Source of the DNA: an uncultured Gemmatimonadales bacterium
GTDB lineage: Bacteria; Gemmatimonadota; Gemmatimonadetes; Gemmatimonadales; Gemmatimonadaceae
Assembly (NCBI GenBank): GCA_963707505.1
Contig: CAVPQB010000006.1
Span: forward strand, 544,001-608,000
Reading direction: 5' to 3'
DNA: 64,000 bases
Of the stretch, positions 58,438 to 64,000 are shown in pieces (the stretch's first letter is position 1; every line of letters begins with the position of its first letter). The notes under the pieces are model-generated. The model searched no databases. It was not told the origin of the DNA and saw only the letters and a list, made by a program, of their open reading frames with translations. Made by a program: the position numbers and the translations under genes.

Positions 58438-58612
58438 CCGACCTCCGGGCGGCGCTCTACGAGGACCGCCGTGGGCCGCCCAACCTGGCGCTTAACCATC
58501 TGTATCAGCCGCTCGCCGCGCGATAGCCGTCATCGGCGGGCGTTATGTCAGATACCGCGGTGCAGAGGCCATATTTATAGCTTGTGGTGTATCTTCGCAC
58601 CGTGGGCCTATC

Positions 58613-59149
58613 ATGATATCGCAACTTCCTTTTCCTACTCCTGCACGCAGGATATTTCACGGCATCCTTCACGCCGCCCTGGCCGCGACCCTGCTCGTTG
58701 TCGCCCGGCCGGTCGTGGCGCAGTCGGGAGAGGGAATCGCGATCGGGACGATGGCTCCGGCCGTAACTGTCGCTGACATATCGGGCAGGACCGTCCGTGT
58801 GACGCCGACCATCGGCCGGCCCATGTTGATCGAGTTCTGGGCAACATGGTGTGAATTCTGCGAGCGTCTCGAGCCGACGATGAAGGCGACGTACAGCAAG
58901 TACGGCGACAAGGTTCAGTTTGCAGCGATCGCCGTGAACGTGAATCAGTCACCCAGGCGTGTCGCAAAGCACGTGAAGGATCGGTCGCTCAAGTATCCCG
59001 TGTACTACGACGACAGCGGCAAGGCAACCGATGCATACGATGTCGCAGCTACTTCGTTCGTCGTGATCATCGACAGGAAGGGAAAGGTCGCATACACGGG
59101 CGTTGGCGACAAGCAGGACCTGGACGCGGCCATTCGCGGCGTTCTGTAG
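58613..59149 (+). CDS. TlpA-family thiol-disulfide oxidoreductase
   Basis: FWATWCEFC, IIDRKGKV; signal peptide. Confidence 0.9.
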   Translation: MISQLPFPTPARRIFHGILHAALAATLLVVARPVVAQSGEGIAIGTMAPAVTVADISGRTVRVTPTIGRPMLIEFWATWCEFCERLEPTMKATYSKYGDKVQFAAIAVNVNQSPRRVAKHVKDRSLKYPVYYDDSGKATDAYDVAATSFVVIIDRKGKVAYTGVGDKQDLDAAIRGVL

Positions 59150-59214
59150 TCAATTCGGCAATCAGTTCTTCAATTCATCCCGTAGTTCGTCCGTAACTCT
59201 CCAGCAGCGAGTCG

Positions 59215-59802
59215 ATGACAATGTTCAGGATCATGAGGTTCCCAGCAATCGCGATGTTGATCGCGGCACCCCTCTGTTTGCAGGCTCAGGGATCGATGGG
59301 CGGAATGGCAATGCCGGATGCACACGCCTCGTCTGCGCCAGAAGTTGGCATGATGGCGCCGGACTTCACGGCGCAGGGTGCGGACCAGTCCGGTGCGCAT
59401 CCGGTCTCTCTGAGCTCGCTGCGCGGCCACGTGGTAGTGCTTGCGTTCTATCCGGCCGATCGCTCGAGTGGCTGCACGCACGAGCTCAACAAGTTCCGCG
59501 ACGAGTACTCCCAGATCTTTGGATCGGATGTGACCGTGCTTCCGATCTCCCTCGACAGTCTCCAGTCGCACGTGAGCTGGGCGAAGGACTCGAAATTCCC
59601 GTTCACACTCGTTGCCGACGATGGCGGCAAGATCGCGAGCACCTACGGCTCGTTGATGACCGGCCGCCCGTACGCCAGCAGAACCGTGTTCGTCATCGGC
59701 AAGGACGGAAAGATCGTGAGCCGAAACTTGAAGTTCGGCGCTCTCGACCAGCACGCGTACGATGACCTGACCGCCGCCATCACAAAGGCGAAGGCGGAAT
59801 AG
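59215..59802 (+). CDS. Secreted peroxiredoxin (BCP/AhpE-like, 1-Cys)
   Basis: APDFT, VVLAFYPADRSSGCTHE (PxxxSxxC), RTVFVIGKDG. Confidence 0.88.
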   Translation: MTMFRIMRFPAIAMLIAAPLCLQAQGSMGGMAMPDAHASSAPEVGMMAPDFTAQGADQSGAHPVSLSSLRGHVVVLAFYPADRSSGCTHELNKFRDEYSQIFGSDVTVLPISLDSLQSHVSWAKDSKFPFTLVADDGGKIASTYGSLMTGRPYASRTVFVIGKDGKIVSRNLKFGALDQHAYDDLTAAITKAKAE

Positions 59803-59834
59803 CGCCACGGCAGAGATTCAGTAGCTAGCACGTA

Positions 59835-60536
59835 GTGGATCTGTCGCAGATCGGAATGCGGCTGTCGCAGAGTCCTGCGACAGCCATTCCGATTCTGTTC
59901 TTCACCGGCGTCCTCACCAGCCTGACGCCGTGCATCTATCCAATGATTCCGATCACTGCGGCGATCGTCGGCGGTCAGTCGGTTGGCCGCAGTACTCGCC
60001 GCGGCGTCGCCTTGACGTTGATGTACGTCTTCGGCCTCTCGCTGGTTTACGCGCTGCTCGGATTGCTCGCCGGCCTCACGCAAACACTGTTCGGAACGGT
60101 GAGCGCGAGCCCGTGGGCAGCGCTCATTACCGGGAATCTGCTGCTTCTGTTCGGTCTCTGGATGCTCGACGCGATTCCGATCCGAATCCCATCTGCACTA
60201 CTCGGTGGCGGGCGCACCGAATCTGTCACATCGCTCGGCGGCGCATTCATAATGGGATGCGCATCGGGACTCGTCGCCGCACCATGTTCGGCGCCCGTGC
60301 TCGCGGCGGTCCTCACATGGGTCGCAGTAACGAAGAGCGCGGTACTCGGCTTCATCTATTTGTTCGTATTCTCGATCGGAATGTGCGCGCTGCTGGTGGT
60401 AGTCGGAATATTCGGCGCGACGTTCGCGCGACTGCCCAGGTCGGGGATGTGGATGGTCTGGGTCAAGCGAGTGCTTGCACTCGTGATGCTTGGCGCAGCG
60501 GAGTACTACTTCGTCCACGCCGGGCTGACGATGTAG
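59835..60536 (+). CDS. ccdA: CcdA/DsbD-beta transmembrane electron transporter
   Basis: SLTPCIYPMIP and VAAPCSAPVL Cys pair; LPRSG.WM. Confidence 0.88.
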   Translation: MDLSQIGMRLSQSPATAIPILFFTGVLTSLTPCIYPMIPITAAIVGGQSVGRSTRRGVALTLMYVFGLSLVYALLGLLAGLTQTLFGTVSASPWAALITGNLLLLFGLWMLDAIPIRIPSALLGGGRTESVTSLGGAFIMGCASGLVAAPCSAPVLAAVLTWVAVTKSAVLGFIYLFVFSIGMCALLVVVGIFGATFARLPRSGMWMVWVKRVLALVMLGAAEYYFVHAGLTM

Positions 60537-60558
60537 GCGTGTTGCGGAGGCGGCTTGC

Positions 60559-60596
60559 GGGTCAGGTCTTGCCCCGCAACGGGCAAGACCTGACCC
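60559..60596. repeat. Minimal hairpin copy of the transposase-element ends
   Basis: GGGTCAGGTCTTGCCC-CGCAAC-GGGCAAGACCTGACCC between convergent genes. Confidence 0.88.
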
Positions 60597-60606
60597 CAAT
60601 CACTCG

Positions 60607-61068
60607 TCAGCTCGCGATCGCGCTCGGATCCATCCAGAATGCTTCCCAGTGGTATCCGTCGAGATCGTAGAAGCTCCATCCATACATGAAGCCATGATCC
60701 TGCGGCTCCGCCGCGTGTGTTCCGCCAGCGGCGATGGCCTTTGCCACAACGTCGTCCACTGCGGTGCGGCTTTCCATCGCGACGGTGAACAATGCCGATG
60801 TTTCCTTGCGTGGGTCACCAGCCGGCCGTTTGCTGAAACTTGCGAATTTATCGTGGTTCAGCAGCATGAAGTACGCGTCTGTTCCGACCAGCATGCAGGT
60901 TGCCGTCGAATCGGTGAACTGCGGATTGAAGGCGAAGCCGAGCGACTCGAAAAATCGAATCGAGCGCTGCAGATCGCTCACGGGAATGTTGACGAATAAC
61001 TTGCGTGGCCTGGCCACTTCGGCGCGTGCGTTCGTGATGACTGGCGCGCTGGTTGTTGTTTCAGGCAT
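60607..61068 (-). CDS. VOC/glyoxalase-family protein
   Basis: FVNIPV.DL.RS..FF..LGF.FNPQFTD, QDHGFMY..SF.DLDG.HWE. Confidence 0.92.
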   Translation of the reverse strand: MPETTTSAPVITNARAEVARPRKLFVNIPVSDLQRSIRFFESLGFAFNPQFTDSTATCMLVGTDAYFMLLNHDKFASFSKRPAGDPRKETSALFTVAMESRTAVDDVVAKAIAAGGTHAAEPQDHGFMYGWSFYDLDGYHWEAFWMDPSAIAS

Positions 61069-61097
61069 GGTCGTCCCGGGGTTCGTTGTGAGTTTGT

Positions 61098-61526
61098 TCA
61101 GCGATTTCTGGCGAGTACTGCGCGCACCCGTGCATCGCGCAGGTAGAGCGCAGCCCACATGATGATGGCGAGGTATACTGGCGTGAGTGTGGCTGAAAAC
61201 AACGGCTGGTGCAGCCGGAAGTTCGTCTCGACGGCACCACCCAGGTAGCCGGTCCAGATCAGTGCGCCGAATGGTGCCGTGCGCGGAATTACATAGAGCA
61301 CGAGCGCCACGATGCAGATGACGCCGAGCGCGAAGACCTGGTCGGCGCGGAGGCCGAGCTGCGTCATGCCAGTCATGACGAAGGCCGGTTGGATCACCTT
61401 CACTACCGCGTCGAACGCGAGATAGAGAATGGCGAATGTGAACAGGATGCGCCCGGTCCAGCGCGTCCATGTGGAGGTGGCAACGGAAATCGACATGGGA
61501 GCGGACCTCAGAATGGCTGCGGACAT
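61098..61526 (-). CDS. DoxX-family membrane protein
   Basis: LY.IPRT...GAL..TGYLGGAV, W..L.LRD.R. Confidence 0.88.
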   Translation of the reverse strand: MSAAILRSAPMSISVATSTWTRWTGRILFTFAILYLAFDAVVKVIQPAFVMTGMTQLGLRADQVFALGVICIVALVLYVIPRTAPFGALIWTGYLGGAVETNFRLHQPLFSATLTPVYLAIIMWAALYLRDARVRAVLARNR

Positions 61527-61555
61527 GGTGCCCTCGGTGTGTGTAGGTTCACAGC

Positions 61556-61586
61556 CATAGACTCCAGCATGTCCTGAAACTCATCG
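61556..61586 (-). promoter_or_regulatory. SigG-type ECF promoter upstream of doxX-VOC
   Basis: CGATGA (61586-61581)-N18-GTCTATG. Confidence 0.7.
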
Positions 61587-61623
61587 GTCCCATCAAAAAT
61601 TCTTTTCGGGACCGAACCGCCTG

Positions 61624-62583
61624 TTACATGACCAGTTGCATCGGTAGGCCGAATCGCGGGAACAGCGTCTCGACGTCGAGGTACGATGTCATACTTGTGA
61701 TCCTACTATCGTCGAGCTCCAGCAGGATCAGCGCCCACGGCACCGCGCCGCCATCGCGGTACTGCGCGAAGGCCGGTGTACCGCCACATGCCTCCACGGG
61801 CACCAGTCTGGAGCCCTTGCACCCGATCCCGAAGCTGAGCAGCCAGCGGGCGATCGACTCATGGCCCTGAAGCCATAGATCATATGGAGGCATCGAGAGT
61901 GTTGCCTCCTCGTGCAGCAGTTGGGTCAGCGCGGAAACATCATAGGCCTCGAAAGCAGCCACGTAGCGCGATACGAGCTGAGTCTGTTCGCTCGACAGCG
62001 CCCGTGGCACGACCGCCGGGTTTCGCGTGTCGAGAGTGGCGCGCGCACGCTGCAGCGCACTGTTCACCGCAGCTACGCTCATATCCAGACTCTCGGCCAC
62101 TTCAGCCGCGGACCAGCTGAGAACCTGGGTGAGGAGCAGTACCGCACGTTGTCGCGGAGGCAGATATTGCAGCGCGGCAACGAATGCGAGACGGATGCTG
62201 TCGCGCAGAATCGCGTGCTCCTCTGGCGAACAGTCCTCCGGGGCCGGCAGCGCTTCGGCATCCGGGATCGGCTCGACCCAGTATTCACGCGAGCGCTGGT
62301 TCAGTATCAGGTCCTCGCTCACGACCCCTGCCTCTTCGGACAGGTCGAGTGGCCGGGCGCGCTGGCGATTCGTCGCCGAAAGTGTATCGAGGCATACGTT
62401 CGTGGCGATGCGGTAGAGCCACGTCTTGAGCGATGACTGCTCCTGAAAGCGTTCGATCCCTTTCCAGGCGCGAAGCATCGCCTCCTGCACTGCGTCTTCA
62501 GCGTCGACAACGGAGCCGAGCATGCGATAGCAGTGGCCCGTGAGGGCGGGACGGTACTGTTCGATAAGTGCTGCAGAGGCCAT
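61624..62583 (-). CDS. ECF sigma factor, SigG-like, with SnoaL-like C-terminal domain
   Basis: [58 protein letters not shown]. Confidence 0.92.
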   Translation of the reverse strand: MASAALIEQYRPALTGHCYRMLGSVVDAEDAVQEAMLRAWKGIERFQEQSSLKTWLYRIATNVCLDTLSATNRQRARPLDLSEEAGVVSEDLILNQRSREYWVEPIPDAEALPAPEDCSPEEHAILRDSIRLAFVAALQYLPPRQRAVLLLTQVLSWSAAEVAESLDMSVAAVNSALQRARATLDTRNPAVVPRALSSEQTQLVSRYVAAFEAYDVSALTQLLHEEATLSMPPYDLWLQGHESIARWLLSFGIGCKGSRLVPVEACGGTPAFAQYRDGGAVPWALILLELDDSRITSMTSYLDVETLFPRFGLPMQLVM

Positions 62584-62709
62584 GGTTATTACGCTAGCAT
62601 CGTGGTTCGGCGCACACCATCCCTGCGTGTCACAAACCAGTCAGGAGTTTGTAGCTGCGCTGTCCAGAGGCTCGTCACCCCCCGAAAGCACGATCCCTGT
62701 TATCGGTCT

Positions 62710-63582
62710 CTAAAACGCCGCCGGCAACAGGCGTCCCGGCGGATCGAACGCCTTGTGGCCTCGTGTGTCATACGGGACGTCCCACGGTGCGCCCCCATTC
62801 GGCCAGTCCAGCGCCTTCCCGTGTGAATCGCGTCTCGTATGCGACAGAACAAACGCCGCTACATCATACGATTGCTGATCGCTCAATAAGCCAGCGGAAT
62901 CGAATGGCATATTGTGTCTGATGAATGATGCGGCACGCTCGACTCGCGCCAGCGACGCACCGATCGAGTACGACAGTGGTCCCCAGAGCGGAGTCGCGGG
63001 TGGGATTCCCTGTCCATCGGCGCCGTGGCAACGTGCACAATGCCCAGCAAATATCGATGCGCCACGTGAAGTGTCGCCGGAAAGCTGTGACATCCTCGGC
63101 AACCCTTCCCCGTTCACGTGCGTCCCCACCGCCACGCCGCGCGACACAAGCGCAAGATATGTGACGATGTCGTTCATATCTCTGCTGCCAAGCGGAATGT
63201 CTCTTCCCGCCATGCTGCGCCGCATGCAGTTGTTGACACGGTCCTGGATCGTGATCACGCGGCCGTCGCGCGTCGTGTAGTTGGGATAACGTGCATAGGC
63301 ACCGGTCAACGGAATCGCGTTCGCTCGCCGGCCGTCGTCGATGTGGCAACTGAAGCAGCGGAGTGAATTGCCGACATAGCTCGGCAGGCTGTCGCGTGTT
63401 GCCGCAAGAATCGCGAAACCACGGCGTGCGGACGCGCCTTCCGGGCCGGACGGATACGTCGCAGAATCGTACAGAGTTACCGCAGATTTGGATGCTACAG
63501 TAGCAGCGCTGCCCGTGCGTGTGCTGTCGCGCATGTTTGTAGAATCGTTCGCACGGGTGCCGCACGCAAGCACGCAACGCAA
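62710..63582 (-). CDS. Diheme c cytochrome, TsdA (thiosulfate dehydrogenase)-like; start uncertain
   Basis: YVGN.L.CFSCH, RVNNCMRRSM, CARCHG.DGQG, PLWG..SY.IGA, FI..NMP. Confidence 0.8.
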   Translation of the reverse strand: MRCVLACGTRANDSTNMRDSTRTGSAATVASKSAVTLYDSATYPSGPEGASARRGFAILAATRDSLPSYVGNSLRCFSCHIDDGRRANAIPLTGAYARYPNYTTRDGRVITIQDRVNNCMRRSMAGRDIPLGSRDMNDIVTYLALVSRGVAVGTHVNGEGLPRMSQLSGDTSRGASIFAGHCARCHGADGQGIPPATPLWGPLSYSIGASLARVERAASFIRHNMPFDSAGLLSDQQSYDVAAFVLSHTRRDSHGKALDWPNGGAPWDVPYDTRGHKAFDPPGRLLPAAF

Positions 63583-63734
63583 TTCACGATTGCGCAGAGC
63601 GTTATGTCAAGCGCCGATCCTCTACCAACGTCTGCCATAAACCTCCGTGGAGCGCTACAACGTCCCAATCGATGGGAAAGTAACGCTCCGCAGAGTTCCT
63701 GCGCGACCGCCCGGTGGCCCTAGCTACGCGGGGA

Positions 63735-64000
63735 TCAATGTTCCGCCGGCAGCGCGAACGCCATCACGTAGTCACCCGCCCCGAATTCCTTGCCGCCGCC
63801 GGCCGTTATGACGACGTACTGCCTGCCATCCCGTCCACTCACGTAGGTCATTGGCGTCATGCGCGCACCTGCCGGAAGTTGGGCGTGCCAGAGTTCCGTA
63901 CCGTTCGCCGCGTCATACGCGCGCACCATGCGGTCCAGCGTGCCAGCCTGGAATATCACCCCGCCGGCGGTGACAATCGGCCCGCCGAGCGAGAGACTCC
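63735..64000 (-). CDS. PQQ-dependent dehydrogenase, C-terminal part (partial)
   Basis: GGPIVTAGGVIF, RAYD..NG.ELW...LPAG...TPMTY...GRQYVVI.AGG. Confidence 0.9.
   Translation of the reverse strand, partial: SLSLGGPIVTAGGVIFQAGTLDRMVRAYDAANGTELWHAQLPAGARMTPMTYVSGRDGRQYVVITAGGGKEFGAGDYVMAFALPAEH

Overview
GC-rich bacterial chromosome segment; gene content and style suggest Gemmatimonadota, which is inference only. Positions 1-28.6 kb form a low-oxygen/N-oxide respiration island. It holds a clade II nos cluster (nosZ-B-D-F-Y plus a cupredoxin and a P1B-5 ATPase), Cu-nitrite reductase nirK, a stand-alone cytochrome c oxidase subunit I, two heme-copper-oxidase-homology membrane proteins, DUF2249/DUF1858/DUF542/DUF59 proteins, a CxxC-less Mrp ATPase, NAD salvage genes, a TPP-riboswitch TonB receptor, a Crp-family regulator and a NarL/NreC-type two-component system. 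The main observation is two regulatory codes readable in the DNA. Six promoters share an exact CYGAC-N22-TAnnTT architecture with phased 17-bp GTMAGGG-N3-CCCYGAC-like boxes, a candidate regulon of the two-component system that includes nosZ, nirK and the system itself. Three GTGAC-N4-GTCWC Crp-type boxes are also present, two of them at -41.5. The rest of the window is accessory/envelope genes: tricorn protease, a tricorn-chassis GGT fusion, a Y1/RAYT element with 24-bp TIRs and two miniature copies, two LytS/LytTR pairs, a TlpA-Prx-CcdA module, a SigG-like sigma with a matching promoter, and a TsdA-like cytochrome. Two blocks (about 1.6-6.1 kb and 19.3-20.9 kb) are rich in indels, probably sequencing or assembly errors, so gene boundaries there are approximate. 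All family assignments come from motif recognition, not database searches.
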